Assembly: GCA_042571515.1 (NCBI GenBank) | Contig: JBHPHX010000003.1 | Span: forward strand, 1 to 42,708 | Direction of reading: 5' to 3' | Length of the DNA: 42,708 nucleotides | Source of the DNA: Patescibacteria group bacterium | Lineage (GTDB): Bacteria; Patescibacteriota; WWE3; UBA101185; UBA10185 | Shown here: in pieces, positions 31,712 through 41,565 of the stretch | Layout: every line of letters begins with the position of its first letter | Position numbering within the stretch: the first letter of the stretch is position 1 | Made by a program: the position numbers and the translations under genes | Notes under the pieces: generated by a model | What the model saw: only the letters and a program-made list of their open reading frames with translations | What the model was told of the DNA's origin: nothing | Database searches by the model: none

Positions 31712-32485
31712 ATGGCAAATAAAAATACGTCTAAAAATTATACTAAAGGTTTTGTGAGCCTGTTAACAAATTCACTTTTTCTTTCCAATTTTGTAACAAG
31801 TTTTGTAATAGTTTTATTAATTGCAGCCGCTTATTATATTGGTGTCTTAAACACCAAACTAAGCTTCTATGACACTGATGGTAGAACAGAGGAAATGGGT
31901 GCTCTCGAGGAAGGGACAAACCCTCTAGAAAATCTTCCGGGCATAGCAAAGGCTTTAAATCTCAATAAATCTAAATTCGCTTCCTGTCTTGAAAGCGAGG
32001 GAATAAAACAAAAAGTTGCTGATCAGACTGCCTCAGGAACCGCAATTGGTGTTAACGGCACACCCGGTAGTTTTTTAGTTAATGTTGAAAACGGGAAAAC
32101 TATTAAGTTAAGGGGCGCAGTACCTACATCAGAAATTATTGAAAATGTTGATAAATTGCTAAACGACACAGTTTTAGATGAAGAATTGTTTACAGATGCG
32201 GTAGTTACAATTAACGATGGGGATCACATTGTAGGTACAAAAGAGGCCAAGATCTTTTTAATTGAATACTCTGACTTGCAATGCCCATTCTGCCAAAATT
32301 TCCACATATCCGCCAAGGAAGCTGTCACACAAAAACCTCGCGACCTAGCCTGGGTATACAGGCACTTCCCACTGGATCGTATACACCCCCTAGCAAGAGC
32401 AGGTGCTGAGGCTAGTGAGTGTGCTGCAGAGGTGGGTGGGGAAGAAGCTTTCTGGAAATTCCTAGACCTTGCCTTTGGTCTGTAA
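31712..32485 (+). CDS. Membrane-anchored DsbA-like thiol:disulfide oxidoreductase with apparently permuted domain order
   Basis: CxxC active site in IFLIEYSDLQCPFCQNFH lies near the C-terminus. The segment that normally ends DsbA-family proteins (KFASCLES...IGVNGTPGSFLVN) lies N-terminal to it. Confidence 0.7.
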   Translation: MANKNTSKNYTKGFVSLLTNSLFLSNFVTSFVIVLLIAAAYYIGVLNTKLSFYDTDGRTEEMGALEEGTNPLENLPGIAKALNLNKSKFASCLESEGIKQKVADQTASGTAIGVNGTPGSFLVNVENGKTIKLRGAVPTSEIIENVDKLLNDTVLDEELFTDAVVTINDGDHIVGTKEAKIFLIEYSDLQCPFCQNFHISAKEAVTQKPRDLAWVYRHFPLDRIHPLARAGAEASECAAEVGGEEAFWKFLDLAFGL

Positions 32486-32496
32486 ATAAGAAGAAA

Positions 32497-33225
32497 ATGA
32501 CAGGAATACTATATATTGTTGCTACGCCAATTGGTAATCTTAGTGATATATCCAATCGCGCCTTAGAAACCCTAAAAAACGTAGACTATATATTATCCGA
32601 GGACACAAGAGAAACACAAAAATTACTTGCAAGGTACGATATACAAGCTTCGCAGCTTATTTACACTGATCAGAAGCACACCAAAACACTCCCGAAGATA
32701 ATAAAACTATTACAAGAAGGTAAAAATCTAGCGTTAGTTTCCGATAGTGGTATGCCAGTGATATCAGACCCAGGTTACAAATTAATCAGAGAACTTCGCA
32801 GGTTAGATATAAATATTGATGTAATACCTGGGCCCGATGCTATTACTTCAGCTCTTGCTATTAGTGGTTTGCCCACCGATAAGTTTGTTTTTTTGGGTTT
32901 TTTACCCAAAGGCAGCTCCCAACGTAAAAAGATTCTCGAAAAGTACGGAAAGCTTGATGCTACCTTGACAATCTTTGAGTCACCCTATAGACTGGGAGGA
33001 TTGGTGCAAGATATTTTTGATGTTTTGGGCCACCGAGAAGTTTCCTTAGTAAAAGATTTGACCAAAAAGCATCAGAAAGTCATAACTCTACCCATAAAAG
33101 ACGTTTTAGCTAAACTAGACGACGTAAAAAAGAAAGGGGAATATGTTGTGCTTGTAGCCAAAGAAGGGTTTTGCCTCAGAGATGAATCAGGAAGTTCTAA
33201 ATCAGGAAAAGTCTCACCTCGCTAA
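32497..33225 (+). CDS. rsmI: 16S rRNA (cytidine1402-2'-O)-methyltransferase
   Basis: MTGILYIVATPIGNLSDISNRALETLKNVDYILSEDTR and ISDPGYKLI are typical RsmI/tetrapyrrole-methylase-fold motifs. The track start at 32419 overlaps the upstream gene, so the internal ATG was chosen. Confidence 0.85.
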   Translation: MTGILYIVATPIGNLSDISNRALETLKNVDYILSEDTRETQKLLARYDIQASQLIYTDQKHTKTLPKIIKLLQEGKNLALVSDSGMPVISDPGYKLIRELRRLDINIDVIPGPDAITSALAISGLPTDKFVFLGFLPKGSSQRKKILEKYGKLDATLTIFESPYRLGGLVQDIFDVLGHREVSLVKDLTKKHQKVITLPIKDVLAKLDDVKKKGEYVVLVAKEGFCLRDESGSSKSGKVSPR

Positions 33226-35227
33226 AGTCCTTTCAAAACTAAGGGGGGCTAAAGACGTTCTGGAACGGAGCCTTGATACTGTAGGAAAAACCAACCTAGA
33301 GAAGTTAAAGGACCTCCGCGAAAACCCTGAAACAAGTGGTGCAGACTTCCACTTTTTCCTGGACCAACTCCAACAAGAAAACCTCACATTTAATATTAAG
33401 GATAAATATAAGAGATTAGATGAGTTTAACCTTCTTGTTAACGAACCATATTTTGCCAGAATAGATTTAAAAGATTCTAATCTTAATACCACTCAAGAAT
33501 TATATATTGGTAAGTTTGGTTACACAGAAAATGAACCAGTAGTTATTGACTGGCGGGCTAAAATTGCCTCGGTTTACTACCGTTATAGATACCCTCAAAA
33601 GAATGTTTCATATAATACACCCCTAGGCAAGGAGGAAAAAGACCTGCTTTTAAAAAGAACCTTTGAAATAGACGACACATCGTTGGTTAAATACTATAAT
33701 AACGATCTTCAGCTCGATGAAAGCGAGATTATCTCCGAGAAAATCGAGCATAGAACTGGGGGTGTGTTAGAAGATATAGTAGAAACCATTCAAATTTCTC
33801 AGTTAGATATAATTGAGGCTGATCCACGTCAAATTTGTATTGTACAGGGCTGTGTGGGAAGTGGAAAAAGCACAGTTGCAATTCATAAACTATCTCATAT
33901 CTTTTTTAACTACCCTAAGTTGATAAAACCAGAAAGATGTATCTTGATTGCAAAAAACCAGATTTTGGTTGGCTATCTTTCAACCCTATTTCCCAAACTT
34001 GGTATTTTTGATGTGAACTATAAAACTATTCGCGAACTTTTATTCCAGCTAATTTTTAGGGAAGAACTTAATCTAAGCGTAGATTTTGATCTAAATAATG
34101 ATGTTTCCAGGTTCACCTTATCTGATATGAGAAAGCTGCAAAACGGGATAGATAAAATTCATGAGGAGTATGCTAGAAAAATAAAACAGGTACTAGACAA
34201 GGATGAGTATGAGGGGTTTGCAAGCTTTAAATACAGTAAGAATCAGGCAGTATACGAAAATATATCTGATATTGTTAGTGAGCTTGAGGAAGAGTTGGAA
34301 CTGCAAAAGGAGGCTATTAAAGAAAGTCCCAAATCCATTAGAGCCCTACTACACAAAGAAAATATTAAAACTATTAAAAAGATGTTGGGCGAAACAAAGA
34401 AACTAAGAGCGGGGCTAAAAACCACTACAATGGCAAAATTCCTAAAGGATCTAAGCATTTCTCGTAAAGAGAAACTTGGTTATTTGCAGACTCTAATATA
34501 TATCTATACCTACTTTGAGTTAGTGGGCTTACGTGCCTACAAAAAATATGAATACTGTGTAGTTGATGAGGGTCAGGATTTCAATACATTAGAGTACGCG
34601 GTTTTGGGCAAATTGGTTCTTCACGGCAGGTTTTCGATTTTGGGAGATCTAAATCAGGCAAACAAAGAGGAGGGGATTGTAGGTTGGAGTGAGATTGCTG
34701 AAGTGGTTAAAGAGGCAAGACAAGCTCACACTTTTACTTTAGATACAAATTATAGGAGTACAAAACCAATTATTGATCTGGCTAACAAGATTTTAGGTCC
34801 TTACACTAAAGATTATTTGCCAAAATCTATAAATAGAAAGGGACCAGAACCTGAAATAGTTAATTTTTCTACAAAAGAGAAGATGTTAGATCACTTTGGT
34901 AATGTGTTTGCGGAAGATTTAAGTCCCTTGGAAAAAAGCATTGGGGTTATTTGTTTTGACATTGAAACTTTTAATAGGGCCAAAGAGGTGATCAGCAAGC
35001 AAGATTTTGATAAAACTCGTTTTATTGAACTTGAGGAACACTCAAGGATTACATATATACCCAAGGGAATCTATTTAACCATGTTTGAAAACTCAAAAGG
35101 TTTGGAATTTGCCAAAGTGTATGTGTTAGATTTAAACTTAGATAGGATATCAAATTTTAAACAAGCAAAGGAGGCTTTTGTAGCTACAACTCGTGCCATG
35201 AACGAACTACACGTATATTCTGCATGA
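33182..35227 (+). CDS. helD: UvrD-like superfamily 1 helicase, HelD-like
   Basis: 681 aa. Walker A GCVGSGKST, motif II VVDEGQDF, and NYRSTKPI. The N-terminal coiled-coil and EPYFARIDL segment resemble HelD/helicase IV. Confidence 0.7.
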   Translation: MNQEVLNQEKSHLAKVLSKLRGAKDVLERSLDTVGKTNLEKLKDLRENPETSGADFHFFLDQLQQENLTFNIKDKYKRLDEFNLLVNEPYFARIDLKDSNLNTTQELYIGKFGYTENEPVVIDWRAKIASVYYRYRYPQKNVSYNTPLGKEEKDLLLKRTFEIDDTSLVKYYNNDLQLDESEIISEKIEHRTGGVLEDIVETIQISQLDIIEADPRQICIVQGCVGSGKSTVAIHKLSHIFFNYPKLIKPERCILIAKNQILVGYLSTLFPKLGIFDVNYKTIRELLFQLIFREELNLSVDFDLNNDVSRFTLSDMRKLQNGIDKIHEEYARKIKQVLDKDEYEGFASFKYSKNQAVYENISDIVSELEEELELQKEAIKESPKSIRALLHKENIKTIKKMLGETKKLRAGLKTTTMAKFLKDLSISRKEKLGYLQTLIYIYTYFELVGLRAYKKYEYCVVDEGQDFNTLEYAVLGKLVLHGRFSILGDLNQANKEEGIVGWSEIAEVVKEARQAHTFTLDTNYRSTKPIIDLANKILGPYTKDYLPKSINRKGPEPEIVNFSTKEKMLDHFGNVFAEDLSPLEKSIGVICFDIETFNRAKEVISKQDFDKTRFIELEEHSRITYIPKGIYLTMFENSKGLEFAKVYVLDLNLDRISNFKQAKEAFVATTRAMNELHVYSA

Positions 35228-36759
35228 ATAAAAAGATAAGAAAAAAATTAAACCTAGTTGTTAAAACTTTACCCCTTTCAATTGTTGTTTTTGCCGCTTT
35301 TACCTTAAGGGTAATTAATCTTGGGTATTCTGACTATCAGGGAGACGAAATAAAGGCTTTCCTAAGACCGGCTGAAAATCAGAGTGCAGTGGATTTCCTA
35401 CTAAATCAACGCAAAGGTCCAGGACAATTTATTATTACTTCTTTTACTGAACTATTTAATACAAATTATGAAAATGAATTTCTAACTAGAATTCCCTTCG
35501 CCTTAGCAGGAGCATTCGCAGTTTACTTTTTCTATAAACTTTTAAGACAACATTTCGGTGATAAGGTTGCCTTTTTTGCCTCCCTATTTTTTGCTACAAA
35601 TGGATTTTTAGTTGCGTTATCTAGGATTGCCCAATATCAGGCATTTGTAATTTTATTTATGATCTTAGCTTTGTATATGTTTTCTAACAAGAAGCTATAT
35701 CACGGGTTTATATTTTGGGCATTTTCAATGCTATTTCATTATGATGGGCTTTTCATTGCTCCGTTTGCTCTTTATTTAATTTTTAGCAATAAACCCAAAA
35801 TCAAGATAAAGGATTTAATCAAACCAGTACTTATATCTGGCGTTATTCTTGCGGTGTTTTATATTCCTTTCATAGTAAACATTAGCCAAAAAACGCTAGA
35901 GTACTGGGGTGGCAGGGTAACAGGCGATGTTTCATCAAAAATTTCAAGTTCTAAATACCTGTTTACAGTTTACCAACCAATTTATGTGGTCCATTTTTAT
36001 ACAATTTTAGCTTTTGTTGGTTTTGGAGCTTTTATAATGTCCAAATTTGTTCATAAATTTCCCAAAATTGCCGATTTTAGTGTTGAGAAGAAAACTTGGG
36101 TTAAGTTTGTGTATATTTTCTTGTGGTTTTTTATTCCATTTGTTTTTCTTGAGGGGTTAATTTATATACCTGGAACTCATATCTATACGTATTTGATACC
36201 ATTATTTGTGTTTTTAGGGCTTGCGCTAGAGTTTGGATGGTTGGTTTTAAAAAGGTTTAAGGACTTTTTTATTCCTGAAGTTATTTACGGATTTTCACTA
36301 ATTATTATGTTTAGTTTTATTTACCTGCAATCTTATGCGATTTTTGTTGATAATAAGAAGGAATATCCGTGGGAAAGTGAAGAGTTTTTGGTTTGGGAAT
36401 TCCACCAACCAACTCCTATATACCACTTGAGTATGTTTGGATTTCCCTATTATAGAAATTGGGAGGGGATTGGAGAGGCTGTAATGACAGGGGATCATAA
36501 TGGTTATTATTCCACAAATGAGCGTAAAAGCATTGCTAGGTACTATGTGCCTTTGGAAAAAAGTACTGACGATGCTGGTCATTATATCCATATCCTAAAT
36601 TCACAAAGTTTTACTGACAAAATTCAGCAAGAAAAAGCAGCTTATTGGGCTCAGAGGTACAATCCTATTTATACATATTCTAGAAATGGGCAAGATTTGG
36701 TGAGAGTTTACAAAATGGAACCAGGCACAATTTATGAAATTCAAGATCGCGGCTACTAG
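35224..36759 (+). CDS. ArnT/PMT_2-like membrane glycosyltransferase (paralog of 21530..22996)
   Basis: LRVINLGYSDYQGDE...QRKGPGQ...RIPFALAGAFAVYFFYKLL...ATNGFLVALSRIAQYQ. The C-terminal FVDNKKEYPWESE also parallels the paralog. Confidence 0.75.
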   Translation: MNKKIRKKLNLVVKTLPLSIVVFAAFTLRVINLGYSDYQGDEIKAFLRPAENQSAVDFLLNQRKGPGQFIITSFTELFNTNYENEFLTRIPFALAGAFAVYFFYKLLRQHFGDKVAFFASLFFATNGFLVALSRIAQYQAFVILFMILALYMFSNKKLYHGFIFWAFSMLFHYDGLFIAPFALYLIFSNKPKIKIKDLIKPVLISGVILAVFYIPFIVNISQKTLEYWGGRVTGDVSSKISSSKYLFTVYQPIYVVHFYTILAFVGFGAFIMSKFVHKFPKIADFSVEKKTWVKFVYIFLWFFIPFVFLEGLIYIPGTHIYTYLIPLFVFLGLALEFGWLVLKRFKDFFIPEVIYGFSLIIMFSFIYLQSYAIFVDNKKEYPWESEEFLVWEFHQPTPIYHLSMFGFPYYRNWEGIGEAVMTGDHNGYYSTNERKSIARYYVPLEKSTDDAGHYIHILNSQSFTDKIQQEKAAYWAQRYNPIYTYSRNGQDLVRVYKMEPGTIYEIQDRGY

Positions 36760-36829
36760 ATTTTTCATCTATTTTTCATTATAATCACAATTAACATAAA
36801 ACTATATTTGACCTGCGGGAGGTGTATAG

Positions 36830-37039
36830 ATGAACGAAAAGGAGGCAAGGGCTATAATAGGCGATTTAGCCAAAAGGTTTGCAAAGTCCGGAGAAAAAGT
36901 TAATATTTCTGATTTCCAATCGAGCAGTGATGGAAGTTATTGGAAAGCGAATTTAAGGAAAGTCATAAACGATTGTGAAATCACGGCCTTAGCAATAGCT
37001 TGTCGACGGTACGGGGCTGTTTTAATTCTAAATGCCTAG
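36830..37039 (+). CDS. Hypothetical protein (69 aa)
   Basis: GGGAGG RBS 7 nt upstream and a terminator downstream. Confidence 0.5.
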   Translation: MNEKEARAIIGDLAKRFAKSGEKVNISDFQSSSDGSYWKANLRKVINDCEITALAIACRRYGAVLILNA

Positions 37040-37047
37040 TCCTCAAC

Positions 37048-37086
37048 CTCCCTGTTACATATCCATAGCAGGGAGATTTGCTTTTT
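37048..37086. terminator. Hairpin terminator between convergent genes
   Basis: CTCCCTG-ttacatatccatag-CAGGGAG followed by ATTTGCTTTTT. Confidence 0.65.
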
Positions 37087-37471
37087 ATAAAACTAATAAT
37101 AGTAGGGGTTGGGAAAAGATTAGAATCATATTAATCAGCGCAGTAACAGCTGATATCAACACAAATCCCGCTGAGACATCCTTTATAACCTTAACCACCT
37201 CTTGATGCTCTTTAAATAATGCATCCATAACATTTTCAATAACAGTATTTATCATCTCAGCGGAAAGCAAAATTCCCATGGAAAGAGTTAGTATAGCCCA
37301 CTCTGTGGTGCTTATTTTCAAATAAATTCCCAAAGACAGTGCAATAAGAGCAATAGTTAACTGAACCCTAAAGTTTGCTTCATGTAGCATGGCGTGGAAA
37401 ATACCCTGAAACGCAAATTTGAAACTTTTAATTTGTCTTCGGGGGTGGTGAGTGTGCAGGATTTTTTTCAT
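37085..37471 (-). CDS. dgkA: Diacylglycerol/undecaprenol kinase (DgkA family)
   Basis: 128 aa with 3 TM helices. FKFAFQGI...EANFR and SAEMINTVIENVMD match the DAGK_prokar signature (E..NTAIE..VD). Confidence 0.8.
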   Translation of the reverse strand: MKKILHTHHPRRQIKSFKFAFQGIFHAMLHEANFRVQLTIALIALSLGIYLKISTTEWAILTLSMGILLSAEMINTVIENVMDALFKEHQEVVKVIKDVSAGFVLISAVTALINMILIFSQPLLLLVL

Positions 37472-37517
37472 ATTATCTATTATAATACCACCAAATATTG
37501 ATGAGAGGAGAAATACT

Positions 37518-37724
37518 ATGGAAGTTTATTACTATAGCAAAAAATTGGGTTTATTGTGCCACGATTCACGTAACATTGTACGGGATATAAACGAAGCTTT
37601 GGGGGAACATTTACCAGATTGTTGGTCAGGTCCAGTTATTAAAAGACCAACGGGGGATTGGAAAATTATTAGTGTAAAGAAATTACTAGATTTGGCAGGT
37701 ATAAAAGTTCCAGCTGCAAATTAG
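37518..37724 (+). CDS. Hypothetical protein (68 aa)
   Basis: GAGGAG RBS 7 nt before ATG 37518. The track start at 37452 overlaps the dgkA start region. Confidence 0.5.
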   Translation: MEVYYYSKKLGLLCHDSRNIVRDINEALGEHLPDCWSGPVIKRPTGDWKIISVKKLLDLAGIKVPAAN

Positions 37725-37731
37725 AAAATGT

Positions 37732-37771
37732 AAAGCCCTTGTGATTAATCAACCTCAAGGGCTTTATTTTT
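37732..37771 (+). terminator. Rho-independent terminator
   Basis: AAAGCCCTTG-tgattaatcaacct-CAAGGGCTTT followed by ATTTTT. Confidence 0.75.
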
Positions 37772-37806
37772 GCTATTTAAAACTGATATGATAATATTGA
37801 TCGGTT

Positions 37807-38868
37807 ATGAACAAAAGAAAAAAGATTATAATTATTGGTGTTGTGGTGGTAGTGGCTATCGGTTTTCTCTTCCTCAAAAATAAAAACGGTGCAATTCCCG
37901 TTAAAGAAATTGAAATTAAACACAAGGTTGTTAAAAGAACTGTCAGTGCAAGCGGCGAGGTTAAGTCCCATCGGGAAGCAGGGCTTTCGTTCCCGTTAAT
38001 TGGTCGCCTTGCAAAATTGTATGTTAAAAAAGGAGAAGAAGTTAAAAAGGGCCAGCTTCTAGCCTATGTTCAAAATTATTCAGACTCACAGACAGCTCAA
38101 TACTACAAAGATGCTAGAGATGTAACCTTAAGAGATATTGATAAATATGTTGAAAATTATGAATCTAACCTACAGGGTGCGGGCGGTGCAGATGAATATG
38201 CTATTGAACTAAGAAGGCTAAACGAGTTAACCAGCAAAGCTGAGGCTGCTTACCAATCACAACTTGGAACTCTTGATAAAACTTATTCCTACGCGCCTTT
38301 TGACGGTACAGTGGTAGATATATATCTAGAAGAGGGGGAAACTGTATTGGCTGGCACAGATGTTATTAAGGTGGCTAATTTAGATGAATTGGTTTTTGAG
38401 ATAGATCTTGACCAAGAAGATTTTGGATTATTAAAAATAGATCAGCAAGTGGAAATTACTTTGGATCCTTACGAAGGGGAAGAGTTTGTGGGCGTAGTTA
38501 AGGAACTTCCATACTATGTAGAAGAATCGGGTTCAGATTTTGTTATCGAAGTTGAATTTGATGGTGAGAACAAAGACAAGGTTCTTCTTGGCATGAGTGG
38601 TGACGCCTATGTTGTTTTATCCAAAACAAACTCAGAGGTAAATGCACTTACATTTGATGAGATTTATTATGATCTTGAAGATGAGCCCTTTGTATACACC
38701 CTCGAAGGTGACTATTTGGAAAAAACATATTTAGATCTAGGCCTTGAGGGGGATATATACACTGAAATTATAAATTCAATTGATGGGAAAATAATCGTTG
38801 ACAAAACCAGGGATAAAGATGAGTTAGATGTAGGTAAAAAAGCAAAAATAGTAACCAATGGCAAATAA
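37807..38868 (+). CDS. HlyD/MacA-type periplasmic adaptor (membrane fusion protein)
   Basis: 353 aa. N-terminal anchor, lipoyl-like GEVKS...GQLLA and FDGTVVDIYLEEGE segments, coiled-coil middle. First gene of an adaptor-ABC-FtsX operon. Confidence 0.75.
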   Translation: MNKRKKIIIIGVVVVVAIGFLFLKNKNGAIPVKEIEIKHKVVKRTVSASGEVKSHREAGLSFPLIGRLAKLYVKKGEEVKKGQLLAYVQNYSDSQTAQYYKDARDVTLRDIDKYVENYESNLQGAGGADEYAIELRRLNELTSKAEAAYQSQLGTLDKTYSYAPFDGTVVDIYLEEGETVLAGTDVIKVANLDELVFEIDLDQEDFGLLKIDQQVEITLDPYEGEEFVGVVKELPYYVEESGSDFVIEVEFDGENKDKVLLGMSGDAYVVLSKTNSEVNALTFDEIYYDLEDEPFVYTLEGDYLEKTYLDLGLEGDIYTEIINSIDGKIIVDKTRDKDELDVGKKAKIVTNGK

Positions 38869-39550
38869 AACTCCAATAGTAAAAACAGAAAACATAACCA
38901 AGGTTTACCAACTTGGGGATACAACAATAGCAGCGTTATCTGGAATAACACTGGAAATATTTGAGGGCGAGCTCGTTGCCATAATTGGCAAATCTGGCTC
39001 TGGTAAATCCACTTTAATGCACGTTCTAGGTTTATTAGACACACCTACTGAAGGTATCGTCTATTTAAATGGTAAAAAAGTTAATAATTACTCTGAAAAC
39101 GAATTGGCAAAAATTAGAAATAAAGAAATTGGTTTTGTTTTTCAATCTTTCAACTTGCTACCCAGAGCTAGTGCTTTGGGAAATGTGATGTTACCTCTTC
39201 AATATAGTTCGATTTCAAGGAGAAAGTGGGCAAAAATGGCAGAAGATACATTAAAGTTAGTAGAGCTGGGCGATAGGTTGGACAATAAGTCAAACGAGCT
39301 TTCTGGGGGGCAAAGACAAAGGGTGGCCATTGCACGAGCCTTAGTCACACAACCCTCACTAGTTTTCGCCGATGAGCCCACCGGCAATTTAGACACTAAA
39401 ACTGGGGATGAGATTGAGAAGTTATTTAAAAAGCTAAATGATCAAGGAAAAACAATTGTGATTGTTACACATGATGAAGACTTAGCAAAAATTGCCAAAA
39501 GAAAAATAATTTTAAGTGACGGGAAAATCATAAGTGATTCAACTAGCTGA
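38858..39550 (+). CDS. ABC transporter ATP-binding protein (MacB/LolD/FtsE class)
   Basis: Walker [10 protein letters not shown], signature [15 protein letters not shown], Walker [13 protein letters not shown], and H-loop VTHD. Confidence 0.9.
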   Translation: MANKTPIVKTENITKVYQLGDTTIAALSGITLEIFEGELVAIIGKSGSGKSTLMHVLGLLDTPTEGIVYLNGKKVNNYSENELAKIRNKEIGFVFQSFNLLPRASALGNVMLPLQYSSISRRKWAKMAEDTLKLVELGDRLDNKSNELSGGQRQRVAIARALVTQPSLVFADEPTGNLDTKTGDEIEKLFKKLNDQGKTIVIVTHDEDLAKIAKRKIILSDGKIISDSTS

Positions 39551-40718
39551 AACATACAAAACTGCACATAGATCTTTGTGGGCTAATAAAATTAGGTCTA
39601 CGCTAACTATGATGGGGGTTATTATTGGGGTTTTCGCTGTTGTTAGCTTAGTTTCTCTGGGGATTGGTGTCCAAAATTGGATTCAGGATCAATTTGAATC
39701 GTTAGGTTCAAACTTAATTTTTGTGGTTCCTGGAAGTATTGACTTTGCAGATGACCCGGCAAAAAACTTTGGTAATAACAAGCTAGATGAGAAACATGTT
39801 GAGTTAATTGAAAAATACGCTGGTGATTATGTTGAGAATCCAACCGGTTCAATTAGATCCTCAAAAACCACAAAATATAAAACTAAAAAGTATTTGGCCA
39901 CAGTGTCTGGGGCTGGATACGCATTTGGAGAAATATTAAACATTGAACTTGAGTCGGGCAGGTTTTACACAGAGACTGAACAAGATAACTCAGCTAGGGT
40001 AATTGTAATAGGCCCTTTTGTAGCTGATGAGTTATTTGCAAGTAGAAATCCAATTGGACAAAAAATAAAGGTTGATGATAAGTCGTATGAGGTCATAGGG
40101 CTGGCAATAGAAAAAGGTCCTGATTTTGATGACAACATATATATGCCATATACAACTTATAGGAAATACATTGGTGATGAGAATTTCGCCAGCATTGCTA
40201 TGAACGCTAAAAACTCTGATAATCTTGATTTGGTCATGAAAAACGTGGAACTAGCTTTACTAAATGATCTGAAAAGTGATGAGTTTTCTGTTGTTTCGCA
40301 AGAAGACCTACTTTCCTCATTTCAAGATATTTTGGCTATTCTCACAACTGCAATTTCTGCCATTGCAGGAATTTCACTGCTCGTTGGCGGAATCGGTATC
40401 ATGAATATAATGCTTGTTTCTGTGACTGAGAGAACAAGAGAAGTGGGGCTTAGGAAAGCGTTGGGAGCAACCCCACTTGATATTACAACCCAATTTTTAT
40501 TTGAATCAATTATGTTAAGTGTCGGTGGAGGAATGATTGGTTTGTTCTTTGGCTGGGTAGCAGCAAGAATAGGATCTAATTATATTAGAACGGAAGTTCC
40601 TATGTGGACTATAGTGATTGCATTTGGTTTTTCGGTACTTGTTGGTGTAATTTTTGGAACTTATCCCGCTATTAAGGCCGGTAAAAAAGATCCTATTGAG
40701 GCTCTTCGATACGAGTAA
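39534..40718 (+). CDS. ABC transporter permease, FtsX/MacB type
   Basis: 394 aa. N-terminal TM helix, MacB_PCD-like periplasmic domain, and a C-terminal FtsX domain (GIGIMNIMLVSVTERTREVGLRKALGA). GTG start. Confidence 0.85.
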   Translation: MIQLAETYKTAHRSLWANKIRSTLTMMGVIIGVFAVVSLVSLGIGVQNWIQDQFESLGSNLIFVVPGSIDFADDPAKNFGNNKLDEKHVELIEKYAGDYVENPTGSIRSSKTTKYKTKKYLATVSGAGYAFGEILNIELESGRFYTETEQDNSARVIVIGPFVADELFASRNPIGQKIKVDDKSYEVIGLAIEKGPDFDDNIYMPYTTYRKYIGDENFASIAMNAKNSDNLDLVMKNVELALLNDLKSDEFSVVSQEDLLSSFQDILAILTTAISAIAGISLLVGGIGIMNIMLVSVTERTREVGLRKALGATPLDITTQFLFESIMLSVGGGMIGLFFGWVAARIGSNYIRTEVPMWTIVIAFGFSVLVGVIFGTYPAIKAGKKDPIEALRYE

Positions 40719-41139
40719 AAACTAATTTGTAGTTTGTTTCATCAGTTAAATGCAAGCCTTTTAATTCTCCTTTGTATGGTTTATCTTCAATGTATGATAC
40801 CCACTCGTAATTCTCGTTTGCGTAGATATTATTAACATGTAGAAACCTAGTGCCATAAATGTATTCGTTAAGTTCATATTTAATTAGTCCTTGGTCATGT
40901 AGAGCCTCGAGAAAATCTAGAAAAGTATTATTGTTTTGCATTCTTTCCGTAAATTGCTGATCTCCAATAAACAAATGGACTTTTGCAGGTTTTATTTCAA
41001 TGATGTTTGGGTTTTCTGTATCTTTTTTTCCAACTTCTAGGCCCCTGGCTGTTAGTATATTGTGAACAAACAACGCTCCCAATACCAAAAATATTACATA
41101 TCCAATAATAAATTTATCCTTATATTTTTCTAGAAACAC
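40693..41139 (-). CDS. Membrane-anchored hypothetical protein (DUF4430-like, tentative)
   Basis: 148 aa with an N-terminal TM helix. NNTFLDFLEALHDQGLIKYELNEYIYGTRFLHVNNI is recalled as DUF4430-like. GTG start 6 nt after TACAAT (with TG upstream). Confidence 0.5.
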   Translation of the reverse strand: MFLEKYKDKFIIGYVIFLVLGALFVHNILTARGLEVGKKDTENPNIIEIKPAKVHLFIGDQQFTERMQNNNTFLDFLEALHDQGLIKYELNEYIYGTRFLHVNNIYANENYEWVSYIEDKPYKGELKGLHLTDETNYKLVFTRIEEPQ

Positions 41140-41251
41140 TGTTCTATTGTAACAAATTAAGGGGAGGGCCCAAACCTAGGTTTCTTGTGTATTTTGATGT
41201 TAGTTATAGTACAATATCGGGGTAAGAAAGGGCCCAAACCTATCTTATCAT

Positions 41252-41322
41252 GCCTCTGTCTGACTCGCGTCGCTCGTCAGCGATCTCGCTGCGCTCGATC
41301 TAGTGCTCAATGAATAGAGCAC
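41252..41322 (+). pseudogene. Pseudo-tRNA-Arg 5' fragment with a 43-nt GC-rich insert after position ~8
   Basis: GCCTCTGT[ctgactcgcgtcgctcgtcagcgatctcgctgcgctcgatcta]GTGCTCAATGAATAGAGCAC, against the real GCCTCCGTGGCTCAATGGATAGAGCAC. The same cat leader triplet precedes both. Confidence 0.7.
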
Positions 41323-41341
41323 CAGTCAGGAGAGAAACCAT

Positions 41342-41417
41342 GCCTCCGTGGCTCAATGGATAGAGCACTCGGCTTCGAACCGAGGGGTTGGGGGTTCGAG
41401 TCCCTCCGGAGGCGCCA
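41342..41417 (+). tRNA. tRNA-Arg (anticodon UCG), CCA encoded
   Basis: GCCTCCG TG GCTC AATGGATA GAGC A CTCGG CTTCGAA CCGAG GGGTT GGGGG TTCGAGT CCCTC CGGAGGC G CCA. Confidence 0.9.
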
Positions 41418-41457
41418 TCCTTCGCTCTTAATAGAGCTACGGATGGTAAACCATTTT

Positions 41458-41520
41458 GGGGGAGTCTGCTTCGTTGCACTACGCAGCGTTTCGCTACGCG
41501 AAACTAATGCTCAGTGATTA
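41458..41520 (+). pseudogene. Pseudo-tRNA-Lys 5' fragment 1 with a 41-nt GC-rich insert
   Basis: GGGGGAGT[ctgcttcgttgcactacgcagcgtttcgctacgcgaaacta]ATGCTCAGTGATTA, against the real GGGGGAGTAGCTCAGTGGTAGAGC. The insert contains the perfect hairpin GTTTCGC-tac-GCGAAAC. Confidence 0.7.
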
Positions 41521-41565
41521 TGTACGATTGACAATATAGTCTTAAGTTTATTCAATCTTCAATCT

